Of a stretch of 64,000 nt of DNA, positions 49,258 to 59,948 are shown one piece after another. A program made the position numbers and the translations under genes. Origin of the DNA: Candidatus Poribacteria bacterium. GTDB lineage: Bacteria > Poribacteria > WGA-4E > PCPOR2b. The DNA is taken from contig OZ244042.1 of assembly GCA_965215015.1 (NCBI GenBank), positions 4,992,001 through 5,056,000 on the forward strand, written 5' to 3'. Under the pieces are notes generated by a model, which made no database searches, was not told the DNA's origin, and saw only the letters and a list, made by a program, of their open reading frames with translations. The number at the start of each line of letters is the position of its first letter. The first letter of the stretch is position 1.

Positions 49258-51465
49258 ATGGCACAACCCGAGTTAAAACGTATCTTGTGGTTCATTATCC
49301 TCCTGGTTTGGGCAGCAGGGTGTATCCCTAATCACCCATATCCGACTTCAGAGCATACGCAGGAAATTTATTATAGCACTTTTTCGGAGGAACCCAAACA
49401 TCTGGATCCAGCAATTTCATATAGTTCAGGTGAGTATCGCTTCATCCAACAAATTTACGAACCTCCGCTCCAGTACCACTACCTTAAGCGTCCATATCAG
49501 CTTATCCCATTGACAGTTGAATCCGTGCCGAAGCCTCGTTATTTTGACCCTGAAGGAAATGCGCTGCCGACTGATATCCATCCTGATCAGGTGGCAAAAG
49601 CGGTGTATGAAATTCGTATTCGTCCCGGAATCCAATATCAACCTCATCCGTGTTTTGCGAGGAACGCAGAGGGAAATTTTCGTTACCATACATTGACAAC
49701 CGACGATGCAAAGGGGATCTACGAGGTGAGCGATTTTCCTAAAACAGGGACGCGAGAACTCATCGCCGAAGACTACGTCTACCAGATTAAGCGGATGGCA
49801 GATCCGAGGGTCGCCTGCCCTCTCCTGAGTCTGTTAGATAATTATATCTTGGGTATGGAAGAGTATGCAAAGGCATTACGAGACGCACTAGCGGCAGAGC
49901 GTAAGAAACGCCGGGCCGCGGCGGGCACTACCTATAACCAAGCTGTTGATGAACGAGAAAATCCTATCTCCCTAGATATAGATGCCTTTCCATTTCCGGG
50001 AGTTAAGATTGTCGATCGCTACATCTATCAAATCACTCTCAAAACCAAATATCCGCAATTCGTGTATTGGCTGGCGATGCCTTTCTTTGCACCGATGCCC
50101 AAGGAGGTCATTGACTTTTATGAGCAGAGTGTGCTGAAAGATCAGAATATTACAATCGATCGATTTCCAATCGGGACAGGTCCCTATCGTATTCAAACTT
50201 TCAAGCCGCATAAGGAGATTATTCTCGTCCGTAACGAGAATTTTCACACTGAGCTGTATCCGGCAGAAGGAGAAATCGGCGATAGAGAAGTGGGATTGCT
50301 CGACGATGCAGGTGTGAAATTGCCGCTGATTCCTAAAGCGGTCTACAAATTGGAAAAGGAATATATTCCCCGCTGGGCTAAATTCCTCCAAGGGTATTAC
50401 GATGCCTCTGGAATCTCCTCAGATACCTTTGATCAGGCCATTACGTTCTCCGATACTGGTGACCCCCGGACGAGCGAACTTTTGCAATCCCGAAATATTG
50501 TACTACAAACAAATGTAGATGTGACCACAATATATCTCGCGTTTAATATGCTCGACGATGTCGTCGGCGGCTACACCGAAGATCGGCGGAAACTTCGTCA
50601 AGCAATTTCAATTGCGCTGGACTATGAGGAATACATCGAAATTTTTCTCAACGGACGCGGTATCCCTTCACACAATCCAATCCCGCCCGGTATCTTTGGA
50701 TATGAGGAGGGCGAAATCGGTATCAATCCGTATGTCTATAAATGGGAGGCCAAACACGGCGCAACCCGCAAATCATTGGAGGACGCGCGTCAACTCCTCG
50801 CCGAGGGGGGATACCCCGGCGGGCAGGATAAAAATGGCAATCCACTTATCCTTTATTTTGATAACTACCGAACTGGACCGCAGGCGACCTCTTTTCTAAA
50901 TTGGGTGCGTAAGCGGTTTGAACTCATTGGTATTACCTTGGAGATTCGAACGACGGACTATAATCGTTTTCGAGACAAAGTGAGAAATGGAAGCTCACAA
51001 ATCCTTATGTGGGGTTGGCATGCGGACTATCCAGATCCAGAAAACTTCCTCTTTCTGCTCTATGGGCCGAATAGCAAGGTCAAATTTGATGGTGAGAACG
51101 TTGCCAATTACAACAATTTAGCATACAATCAGCTGTTCGATCAGATGCAAAACATGGATAATTCCCCTGAACGACTCCAGATTATCCGCCAAATGAAGGC
51201 TATCCTGCAACAGGACGCGCCTTGGGTATTTGCCTATCACCGTGTCAATTTCGACCTTTATCACCAATGGTTGAAAAATGGGAAACCAAATACTACTGGC
51301 TACAATACCCTCAAATACAAACGCATTGACAATACATTACGCGCTCAGCGGCAGAAGGAATGGAATCAGCCGGTCCTTTGGCCCATCTGGGGTATCATCG
51401 GATTTCTGATTGTTGGAACGATTCCAGCGGCGGTGACAATCTGGCGGCGGGAGCGCGGTAGGTAG
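49258..51465 (+). CDS. Peptide/nickel ABC transporter substrate-binding protein (family 5) with C-terminal TM anchor
   Basis: Lipobox AAGC, PKHLDPAISY, PIGTGPY, GWHADYPDPENFLFLLYG, WNQPVLWP + TM. Confidence 0.9.
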   Translation: MAQPELKRILWFIILLVWAAGCIPNHPYPTSEHTQEIYYSTFSEEPKHLDPAISYSSGEYRFIQQIYEPPLQYHYLKRPYQLIPLTVESVPKPRYFDPEGNALPTDIHPDQVAKAVYEIRIRPGIQYQPHPCFARNAEGNFRYHTLTTDDAKGIYEVSDFPKTGTRELIAEDYVYQIKRMADPRVACPLLSLLDNYILGMEEYAKALRDALAAERKKRRAAAGTTYNQAVDERENPISLDIDAFPFPGVKIVDRYIYQITLKTKYPQFVYWLAMPFFAPMPKEVIDFYEQSVLKDQNITIDRFPIGTGPYRIQTFKPHKEIILVRNENFHTELYPAEGEIGDREVGLLDDAGVKLPLIPKAVYKLEKEYIPRWAKFLQGYYDASGISSDTFDQAITFSDTGDPRTSELLQSRNIVLQTNVDVTTIYLAFNMLDDVVGGYTEDRRKLRQAISIALDYEEYIEIFLNGRGIPSHNPIPPGIFGYEEGEIGINPYVYKWEAKHGATRKSLEDARQLLAEGGYPGGQDKNGNPLILYFDNYRTGPQATSFLNWVRKRFELIGITLEIRTTDYNRFRDKVRNGSSQILMWGWHADYPDPENFLFLLYGPNSKVKFDGENVANYNNLAYNQLFDQMQNMDNSPERLQIIRQMKAILQQDAPWVFAYHRVNFDLYHQWLKNGKPNTTGYNTLKYKRIDNTLRAQRQKEWNQPVLWPIWGIIGFLIVGTIPAAVTIWRRERGR

Positions 51466-51509
51466 GCCTATGAAGAGTTATCGCTTCTCGGCTAATCCGG
51501 TAAAGGGTG

Positions 51510-51766
51510 TAGGGCGTGTTGACGTTTTGCTCCCGTCAATTAGAAATCTATTAAATGTTAACAATTCGTAGGTTGAGGTTGCTAGCCCAATTGATGCGGA
51601 GGCAAAAAGTAGCTCAAGATTCACATCTCGACAGCCACTGTTGATTTTGGAAAATTGACCGACAACAGACTCAAGTTGCTTTGAATCTCGATCTTATCGG
51701 GGCGCATCAGGTCCAAGATTCTCAGAACGGATATGGGTTCAATCCGTCAAATGGCAACAGAACCTA
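51510..51766. mobile_element. MITE family B, copy 1
   Basis: tagggcgtgttgac ... gcaacagaaccta imperfect TIRs; internal blocks (caattagaaatct, agattcacatc, ttttggaaaattgaccgaca) shared with 54648-54847. Confidence 0.72.
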
Positions 51767-51819
51767 GGGTTTAGCTGCAATGTTTGTTCGATAAAGAAGT
51801 GTATGCCCAGAGGGTGCCA

Positions 51820-53577
51820 TTACTTGTGGCGGATACCACTTCCCTCCCTCAATACTACCCGCTGATTTACACCGATCCCGGTAAAACGTTCGGTATCTCC
51901 ACCTAACCAGACTACCTCAATCCAATCTACAGTAGTTTCCTGCGCCAGCCCGAACTCAGCAGTCAAGCTGTTGAAGGACAGATAGCTTGCACCAGCGTTG
52001 ATTTCACGCAATTGTATCCGATCTCCCGCCTTGAGTCGGATCCTTGCACCAACGGCATCACGGTTGCCTTTCGTCCCAATTAGCTTGACATGCAGCCAGT
52101 TGTTACCATTACCCCCTTCGTTTCGGAGTAGCACTCCACGGTCGTGGTTGTTTACGATAAAAATATCGACATCGCCATCGCTATCGTAGTCCCCAAAAGC
52201 GACGCCGCGTCCCACGCGGTACGGCAGCGCGGCAACCCCAGTCGCTGCGGACACATCGGTGAAAATACCATCGCCTTCGTAACGAAAAAATTGGTCTTTC
52301 TGCGGGATAAGCAGGTCGTAATTATCAAGATATTGGAAAGTGTGTCCGTTGGCGACAAAAATATCGAGGTCGCTATCGTTATCGTAGTCAAACAAATCCG
52401 TCCCCCACCCTACATATTTCAGACTTTCCTCACCGAGCGATGCACCGTAGGAATCATCAACGAGGTGGATGGGTTGAATCCCTTTCGCTTTCGAGGAGTC
52501 CCCAATCGCTCCCTCCTCTTTCCACATGTTGCTGTATAGCGCATTTTCCTGCTCAATCCAATGGCTCATAAAGAGATCGAGATCCCCGTCGCCATCGTAG
52601 TCGCCTGTTGCAAGCCCCATTGAGCCACGAAAATCCGCCGCCCATGACGCATCGCTCACGTCCGTGAATGTGCCATCACCATTGTTGCGGTACAGAAAAT
52701 TGGGTGAGAGGTCATTGGCAACATAGAGCTCAAGGTCGCCATCCAGGTCGAAGTCCGTAAAGATAGTCTGCAAGCTGCGCCCACCGCGAGATTCGACGCC
52801 CAGTTCTGCGGTGACATCGGTGAAGGTGCCATCCCCATTGTTGCGATATAGCACATTGTCCTGCGGATCGAAGGAGTGGGGATTCAATATACGCGGTACG
52901 GACTGTCCGTACTGCATTGAAGTCTTTTGGGCTTCTGCTAATTTAGCGAGATCGTGTTCGATATAGTTGGGAATATAGAGGTCCAAATCCCCGTCATTAT
53001 CGTAATCGCCGAATGCTGCACCCGTTCCCCATCGTGTATCGCCGACACCTGCTTCCTCGGTGACATCGGCAAACGTGCCATCTCCATTGTTGCGATACAG
53101 CACATTCGGCCCATAGTTTGTAACATAAAGGTCCAAATCCCCGTCGTTGTCATAATCGCCGAAAATACAGCCCATGCCGTAGCCTCGATCACCGACACCT
53201 GCTTCCTCGGTGACATCGGCAAACGTGCCATCTCCATTGTTGCGATACAACACATTTCCCGGCGATACCTCCGTCACTTTGGCGTGGAGTGGGCCGGGGT
53301 TGTTGACCACGTAAAGATCTAAATGGCCATCCTTGTCGTAATCAGCGAAGGCTGCACCGGAGCCGACATCTTCGGGCAGTAGGGAGGAGCGCTTTCCCTC
53401 CGAGTGGACAAAGTTAATGCCTGCCGCTTCCGTAACATCTTTGAAGATAACGGGAGAACTTGAAGATTGTGCGAAACTCGAAACAGAAATACACAGCGAT
53501 TGAATTGACAGGGTTGCGAAAATCCAACCGATAAGTATTCGTTGTAAACTGCCCCGTTGACCAATACTCGCTTTCAA
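51820..53577 (-). CDS. CRTAC1-family FG-GAP repeat / ASPIC-UnbV protein
   Basis: Repeated DYDNDGDLDLYV and LYRNNGDGTF.DVT; C-terminal NWLHVKLIG...NRDAVGARI...SYLS...FGL. Confidence 0.92.
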   Translation of the reverse strand: MKASIGQRGSLQRILIGWIFATLSIQSLCISVSSFAQSSSSPVIFKDVTEAAGINFVHSEGKRSSLLPEDVGSGAAFADYDKDGHLDLYVVNNPGPLHAKVTEVSPGNVLYRNNGDGTFADVTEEAGVGDRGYGMGCIFGDYDNDGDLDLYVTNYGPNVLYRNNGDGTFADVTEEAGVGDTRWGTGAAFGDYDNDGDLDLYIPNYIEHDLAKLAEAQKTSMQYGQSVPRILNPHSFDPQDNVLYRNNGDGTFTDVTAELGVESRGGRSLQTIFTDFDLDGDLELYVANDLSPNFLYRNNGDGTFTDVSDASWAADFRGSMGLATGDYDGDGDLDLFMSHWIEQENALYSNMWKEEGAIGDSSKAKGIQPIHLVDDSYGASLGEESLKYVGWGTDLFDYDNDSDLDIFVANGHTFQYLDNYDLLIPQKDQFFRYEGDGIFTDVSAATGVAALPYRVGRGVAFGDYDSDGDVDIFIVNNHDRGVLLRNEGGNGNNWLHVKLIGTKGNRDAVGARIRLKAGDRIQLREINAGASYLSFNSLTAEFGLAQETTVDWIEVVWLGGDTERFTGIGVNQRVVLREGSGIRHK

Positions 53578-53604
53578 CTTTTCTGACCTTTCCAGTCTTT
53601 TCGG

Positions 53605-54585
53605 TTATTGCAATCGGATCCGGGGATCGACGAGCGTATAACTGAGGTCTGTCAACAGCAAGCCCACGATATACAGCACGGAACCCAGATAAACCATGCT
53701 ACGGACAATCGCAAAATCTTGGGCGTTGATAGCGTCAATTGTAAAACTGCCCAGTCCGGGAATTGAGAAAAAATTTTCCATGACGAGGCTGCCCATAAAC
53801 AGAAATGGAATTGCCAACACCACGTTTGTCAAGATGGGGATCATTGCATTCTTCAAGGCGTGTTTGAACAGCACAACGCCCTCGCCGAGCCCCTTCGCAC
53901 GGGCAGTTCGCACATAATCCCGATTCACCTCTTCGAGGAAAATCGTGCGGTAGAAACGGACGCCGGTCCCAATACCGCTAATGACACCGATAACTGCGGG
54001 CAGAAAAACAAACTTCAGCATATTCACGCCGGTGTCATAGCCGGAAATCGGGAAAAGACGGAGTATCTTGCCAAATAACCACTGTCCGGCGATAATATAA
54101 AAGAGCGTGGAGATCGACATCAGAATCACAGTAACAATGGTCCCCCAAAAGTCAACGTAGGTCGCACGATAGTAAGCGATAATCATCGAAAAGGTGATGT
54201 TGACGAGCAAGCCTATGATAAATGTCGGTATAGCAATAGCAAGGCTTGCCCACATCCGGTGGGAGATTTGATAACCAATGTCAATGTTATTCCGATCTGA
54301 CCTACCGAAATCGAAGAGGAATAGCCGCATGGCTTTTTGGGAGAAGATTGTCTGCGTGAAAACCGAGAATCCAGATTCCTCGCTATTGAAAAACAGTGGG
54401 AGATGATAACCACGGTCTCGCTTCCAGCCGTCTACAGCTTCTTGGGTAATATTTTTCTCCCCAAGAATTTTTCGTGCCATGTCATCAGGCGAATTGACGA
54501 TAAAAAAGAGTACGAAAGTGATAAGGTTGACACCGATTAGGATCGGAATGGCGTAAAGGGTGCGACGTATAATGTAATTGAGCAT
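53605..54585 (-). CDS. Peptide ABC transporter permease (OppB/DppB family)
   Basis: MLNYIIRR, DFGRS, DYVRTARAKGL...KHALKNAMIPILT, ENFFSIPGLG, DPRIR. Confidence 0.93.
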   Translation of the reverse strand: MLNYIIRRTLYAIPILIGVNLITFVLFFIVNSPDDMARKILGEKNITQEAVDGWKRDRGYHLPLFFNSEESGFSVFTQTIFSQKAMRLFLFDFGRSDRNNIDIGYQISHRMWASLAIAIPTFIIGLLVNITFSMIIAYYRATYVDFWGTIVTVILMSISTLFYIIAGQWLFGKILRLFPISGYDTGVNMLKFVFLPAVIGVISGIGTGVRFYRTIFLEEVNRDYVRTARAKGLGEGVVLFKHALKNAMIPILTNVVLAIPFLFMGSLVMENFFSIPGLGSFTIDAINAQDFAIVRSMVYLGSVLYIVGLLLTDLSYTLVDPRIRLQ

Positions 54586-54647
54586 TCGTGATTCTTTCGT
54601 GAAACGTGAAGCGTAAAAACAATTTGTTTATGGGCTCATTAATGGAC

Positions 54648-54847
54648 TAGGGCGTGTTGACATTTTACTATCGCCAATTAGAAATCTTTAACTGCCAATA
54701 ATTTGTAGATTGAGCGTGCTCGCCTCACCTGTAAGCCGAGATTCACATCCCGACACAAGCCTGTCAATTTTGGAAAATTGACCGACACATTGAAAACGCT
54801 CCGAATAGAGATTGGTTCGATTTATCACAACATATCAACAGAACCTA
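54648..54847. mobile_element. MITE family B, copy 2
   Basis: ctagggcgtgttgaca ... atcaacagaacctag; CTAG at both ends; solo right ends also at 35731 and 46033. Confidence 0.72.
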
Positions 54848-54937
54848 GTGAGCTAATAAACTAACTCGGTTTCTGGTGCACGACTCTTAGCATGAGTCAA
54901 CAACGAAATTTGTCAGGGCAAACGCGTGGGGCAATCT

Positions 54938-55903
54938 CTACTGCCAAATCATCTGAACGGCAAGTGCCTCGTCCGGATGCTCCCACAGAAAGTCGAAAGC
55001 CTCTTTTGCACGCTTATAGGGGAAACGACGGCTGATCATTCGGGCTGCTTGGATTTCTCCTGAACGAATCTTCTCCATCGCACGTTGGGCAATTTGCCCG
55101 CGCGGCTCATCGGTGAGAATGCCTGCCACAAGTCGTTTGCTCATAATCTTTGATGAATGCAATGGCAACGGGGCTCCTTGGTATAACGCAATCAACTGGA
55201 GGGTCCCTTTCCTGCGGACCATGTCTTGTGCCTGCTCAAAGGATTTAACCCCAGCGTGCCCACCAACGCAGTCAATCACAAGATCCGCCCCATTCCCATC
55301 GGTTAACCTCTGCACCGCTTCGACGGGAGCCTCTTCCGAAGCGTTGATGACAACATCCGCTCCCAATTCATTGGAGAGTTGACAACGCAGCGACACTGCG
55401 TCAACCGTGATGATGCAGTCAGGTCCATATCCGCGAAGGACTTGCATCATCAGACTCCCTACGATGCCTTGCCCAAGAATGACAACCGTGTCTCCCTCTT
55501 GAACCCCTGATGAATCCGCCCAAGCGACCGAACTTATTGAAAGCGGCAGGAATGTCCCCTCTTCAAAGGAAATATCATCCGGGAGCGGGACGACTCGTCC
55601 ATCTACACTGGCATCGACCTCTCCGACGGCATATTCGGCGTGTGGGGCGACGACCATCACCCGTTGGCCGACTTGATACTCTGTAACCGCCGATCCAATT
55701 TGCTCAACAACCCCTGTGAGGGAATATCCCATCATCGATGGAGGGATTGCTTCCTCCCTGATATAACGACGAAACAACTCAGAACCACGGCTAATCAGCG
55801 TAGTATGTGTCCGCACCAAAACTTGGCGACTGTTAATCTCAGGAATCGGTACATCTTCCAACTGAATGTTACCGAAACCTTCTGGTTTAATCACGCGAAT
55901 CAT
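54938..55903 (-). CDS. Zinc-binding-type (MDR family) dehydrogenase
   Basis: LISRGSE, GYSLTGVVEQIGSAV, ILGQGIVG, GADLVIDCVG. Confidence 0.85.
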   Translation of the reverse strand: MIRVIKPEGFGNIQLEDVPIPEINSRQVLVRTHTTLISRGSELFRRYIREEAIPPSMMGYSLTGVVEQIGSAVTEYQVGQRVMVVAPHAEYAVGEVDASVDGRVVPLPDDISFEEGTFLPLSISSVAWADSSGVQEGDTVVILGQGIVGSLMMQVLRGYGPDCIITVDAVSLRCQLSNELGADVVINASEEAPVEAVQRLTDGNGADLVIDCVGGHAGVKSFEQAQDMVRRKGTLQLIALYQGAPLPLHSSKIMSKRLVAGILTDEPRGQIAQRAMEKIRSGEIQAARMISRRFPYKRAKEAFDFLWEHPDEALAVQMIWQ

Positions 55904-56562
55904 GACATACCCCCCGTGAAATATAAAACATGCGTAGCAACGCAATTCATTGTGCGTTCATGAGCATTGAGGACTACGAATCTAAAAACGCTATAAGCAT
56001 ATCTTCGTATCTTTATCATATTTTACAACATAATTCCGATTATGTCTCTACTATTTTAACCTAAATTGCGAGCCGATGCTTAATTGAGGGCTGCTCATAA
56101 TAGACTCGGCACGCTCCTTATGCCATCCCCCTGCTAAATACCCGGTGGGTTGTCTGTCAGGTCCTGGCTCATTGAGCCTACCCCCCTCAATTCCCCCGCT
56201 TGCTCCCCACTTGCGGGGGCTTAGCAAGTTGAATTCCTTGACCACACACTCAAGGGCGTAACTCCTATAGAATTCAAGGCAAATTTCCATTACTTCTTAA
56301 AACCGTGTAAAATTCATTCGCTTAGATGTTCCGGCTTCTCCTGAAAATCCTTGAAGCCGTATCGGTTTTTCAGGAACGTGATGCGAGTACGTTTTTGATT
56401 GACTTTGCAGACCATCTTAACATAAAATGTTTTTACCCAGCCAAGGGTGTACTATTAGTTAATTTAATTTTAGGCCTCATATAATCATTCTAGACGGTAA
56501 ATAAGTCTAATGCTATAATTGATTCACCAACATATTACAACAGCACAGGATAGGAGATTTGG

Positions 56563-58734
56563 ATGCGAACTCGGGTTACGCTTAAAGCAGTGCTTTATTT
56601 ATTCGGTATCTTAATAGGGGTAGGCCTTTGTACCCCCTTAATTGGTTTTAATAACGCGTTGGCTTCGGATTGGCCCAGTTGGCGAGGTCCCAATCAAGAT
56701 GGCTCATCTTCACAAACCGGTTTAATTTCAAGCTGGTCCCTACTAGATGGCGAAAACTTAATTTGGAAGGCAGATTTTATGGGGCGTTCCACACCAATCG
56801 TTTTGAACGGTCGAGTTTTCGTCATCGGGCGCGTTGGGAGCGACATCACCGAGCAGGAACGAGTCGCCTGCTTTGAGGCCGAAACGGGGAGGCTACTCTG
56901 GGAACACCGATTCAATGTTTTTCACAGTACCATCCCTTTTAACCGACTGGGCTGGACCAGTTTGGCGGGGGATAGGGAAACGGGTTACATCTACGCCCAC
57001 ACTATTAGCGGCGTGTTTGCCTGTTTTGACAAGGAGGGAAAGGTTATTTGGTCACGCTCTTTGACGGAAGAATTTGGTCGATTCACCGGCTACGGGGGAC
57101 GCGTTGTTACACCTGTCGTTGATGGAGACTCTGTGATCCTCAGTTTTCTTAACACCAGCTGGGGAAGCCATGCCGCAATGCGCCATCGTTATTTCGCCTT
57201 TGACAAACGGACCGGTGAGGTGCTGTGGACAGCGACGCCCGGTGGCCCCCCGAAAGATACGACTTACCCTGTCGCCGTTGTAGCGGAGATAAATGGCCGT
57301 CGGTTGTTGATTGACAGTAATTCGGACGGTCATGTGTACGCAATGGATGTGCAAACGGGTGAGAAAGTTTGGGGATTCCAAGTCAGTCAGGGACCGCTCA
57401 ATGCGTCAGTGGTCGTAGATGGCACACGGGTTTACGCAAGCCACAATCGGGAGAATACGGACACAACAGTGATGGGGCGCGTTGTCTGCATTGATGGAAC
57501 GGGTACAGGGGATATTACCAAGTCACACGAACTCTGGCGAGTTGATGGCATAGAGGCGGGTTATAGCTCTCCAGCAATAGCCGATGGTCGCCTTTACGTT
57601 GTGGACAGCTCGGCGAATTTACACTGTCTCAACGGCGAAACCGGGGAGGTGCATTGGACGCATAGCCTCGGCACCGTGGGTAAAGGATCCCCTGTTGTCG
57701 CCGACGGTAAAATCTATGTCACGGAAGTCAACGGGCACTTTCACATCCTGCAACCGGGTGAAAACGAGTGCAAAACGCTCAGCACAACACAGATTGAAAG
57801 GGAATCGGGCCGTTATGCGGAGATCTACGGCTCACCTGCCATCGCCTACAGTCGAGTTTATTTTACTACTGAGGAAGGGCTGTACTGTTTGGGGGGGCAA
57901 CGGGCTTCCACGCCCGCCTCAATCCAGATTGTCCCCGCCGAAGTTTTAGCCCCGTCGGGGGAAAGCGTCCAATTTAGTGCTCGTGCTTTTGACGATAAAG
58001 GTACACTAATCAGCGAAGGGGAGGCCGAGTGGTCGCTCAATGGATTGTCGGGAATGATCGACAAGAACGGAAAACTCACCCTTGAACTGAGCCGCCCCGG
58101 TCAAGCAGGAACAGTATCGGCGAAAATCGGCGAACTAAGCAACTCCGCACGAGTCCGCGTCATTCCACAGTTGCCGTGGCACGAGGACTTTGAGTCGATA
58201 GAGGTGGGGAAGAGTCCGCCGCATTGGGTCCGCGCAACCAACCGATTCGTCGTCCGTGAGATGGATGGAAACAAAATTCTCGTCAAACCGCCTGCCCGCC
58301 GTGGATTGCACCGCTCCAACGTCTATATCGGGCCCCCGAACATGAAGGACTACACCCTCCAAGTCGATTTGCTGGGGACTAAACCGAAGCGAAACCTCCC
58401 GGACATGGGACTCATCGCCCATCGTTACACCCTTGAGATGCAGGGCAATCACCAACGACTTCAGGTGCTTTCGTGGCGATCAGACCTCCGAATGGCCAAG
58501 TGGGTGGATTTCAAGTGGGAGCCGAACGTCTGGTACACCATGAAAATGACGGTAGATATCGCCGATGATACAGCGCGCGTCAAGGGTAAAGTTTGGGTTA
58601 GAGGTGAACCGGAACCTGAGGAATGGACAATTATCGTGGAAGATCCGCTGCCGAATCGGGAAGGGAGTCCGGGTATCTACGGCTATTCGCCTGCTGAAAT
58701 CTACTACGATAATCTGAAGGTTTGGGGAGATTGA
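56563..58734 (+). CDS. Secreted PQQ-like beta-propeller protein with Ig-like and C-terminal lectin-like domains
   Basis: Signal peptide, DWPSWRGP, repeated TG...W blades, SPVVADGKIYV. Confidence 0.85.
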   Translation: MRTRVTLKAVLYLFGILIGVGLCTPLIGFNNALASDWPSWRGPNQDGSSSQTGLISSWSLLDGENLIWKADFMGRSTPIVLNGRVFVIGRVGSDITEQERVACFEAETGRLLWEHRFNVFHSTIPFNRLGWTSLAGDRETGYIYAHTISGVFACFDKEGKVIWSRSLTEEFGRFTGYGGRVVTPVVDGDSVILSFLNTSWGSHAAMRHRYFAFDKRTGEVLWTATPGGPPKDTTYPVAVVAEINGRRLLIDSNSDGHVYAMDVQTGEKVWGFQVSQGPLNASVVVDGTRVYASHNRENTDTTVMGRVVCIDGTGTGDITKSHELWRVDGIEAGYSSPAIADGRLYVVDSSANLHCLNGETGEVHWTHSLGTVGKGSPVVADGKIYVTEVNGHFHILQPGENECKTLSTTQIERESGRYAEIYGSPAIAYSRVYFTTEEGLYCLGGQRASTPASIQIVPAEVLAPSGESVQFSARAFDDKGTLISEGEAEWSLNGLSGMIDKNGKLTLELSRPGQAGTVSAKIGELSNSARVRVIPQLPWHEDFESIEVGKSPPHWVRATNRFVVREMDGNKILVKPPARRGLHRSNVYIGPPNMKDYTLQVDLLGTKPKRNLPDMGLIAHRYTLEMQGNHQRLQVLSWRSDLRMAKWVDFKWEPNVWYTMKMTVDIADDTARVKGKVWVRGEPEPEEWTIIVEDPLPNREGSPGIYGYSPAEIYYDNLKVWGD

Positions 58735-58742
58735 GGCGAGTC

Positions 58743-59948
58743 ATGGTAAATCAATTAACCCGTTTACATATCAAAAATTTCCGCTCATTGGCAGATGTCT
58801 CCGTTGAGACGCGCCCAATCAACGTCCTGTTTGGACCGAATGGTTCAGGAAAATCGACATTGTTGGAAGCAGTTCGGTTGGTCGGGGATTGTGTTTCCCG
58901 AGATGTTGAAGAGGCCGCTAGGACCCGGCATAACGGTTTTAGTATGTTGCGGCAGGGGGTAGATGAGGGGCAAGGCATAGTAATTAGGATGGAAACAGCT
59001 CTTACCGAGTACGCGCTTCGATTAGGATTTTCACGGGGACAAATTGAGCCGTATGCTGGAGAAGTTTTGTGTTTGAAGGGAAAAAAAATTCCCTTGATAA
59101 CTCGAACGACAGGAAGCGACGAGGCTAATTTTTGTTATTGTGAAGAAAGCCCCCCCGTGCTAACTCGTTTGACCTTTCCAGAAAAACTGGCTTTGATTCA
59201 GTATATGTCAGGAACGGAACTTACTCTGCCAGTCATTTTCAATTTATTCGAATTACAAAGTTTACTCGACTCTGTTCATTTTTACCATTCTCACTATATT
59301 GATCTATATCGACTCAAACACCGCGGCTCGGAATCAGGTATGAGTATCTCGTTGCGCGCGGACTGTAGTAATCTGTTCTCAGTTCTGCAGAATATTCATG
59401 GTAAAAGTGCAATCGATTCAAGTTATGCAACCATCATCAGTTTTATGCGAAAGAGTTTCCCCAATTTCAAAGATTTGGTATTTGAACCATCGGGTCCAAA
59501 CGCGGTCCACGCTAGCTTCGTAGAAAACGGTCTTCGAGACCCAATTCCAGTATTAAGCATATCGGAGGGTCAACTGCAAATGCTTATTCACCTAACGGCT
59601 CTATTCTCCGAGAAAACGGATTGGGCCTCACTGATTGTATTCGATGAGCCGGAGACCTCGCTTCACCCTTATGCTATCTCTGTCTTTGCCGAAGCAGTTA
59701 AATATGCCGCGGAAGAATGGAACAAGCAGGTTTTCATCGCAACACACTCACCGGTTTTGATTGGTCAGTTTGAGCCGGAAGATATTTTGGCAGCAGAACT
59801 GGATGATTCGGCTCAGACGGCCCTGACGCGCGTCAGCGAGATGGGCGATATTCAAGATTTGCTCGAAAGCTATGATACCGGCTCGCTCTACATGGCTGAA
59901 GCCATTGCCCCCCAAAGTAAACCTCCGCGGAGAAGGGGGAATGACTGA
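58743..59948 (+). CDS. AAA_21/AbiEii-type ABC ATPase
   Basis: IKNFRSL, Walker A GPNGSGKST, ISEGQ signature, DEPETSLHP, ATHSP. Confidence 0.9.
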   Translation: MVNQLTRLHIKNFRSLADVSVETRPINVLFGPNGSGKSTLLEAVRLVGDCVSRDVEEAARTRHNGFSMLRQGVDEGQGIVIRMETALTEYALRLGFSRGQIEPYAGEVLCLKGKKIPLITRTTGSDEANFCYCEESPPVLTRLTFPEKLALIQYMSGTELTLPVIFNLFELQSLLDSVHFYHSHYIDLYRLKHRGSESGMSISLRADCSNLFSVLQNIHGKSAIDSSYATIISFMRKSFPNFKDLVFEPSGPNAVHASFVENGLRDPIPVLSISEGQLQMLIHLTALFSEKTDWASLIVFDEPETSLHPYAISVFAEAVKYAAEEWNKQVFIATHSPVLIGQFEPEDILAAELDDSAQTALTRVSEMGDIQDLLESYDTGSLYMAEAIAPQSKPPRRRGND

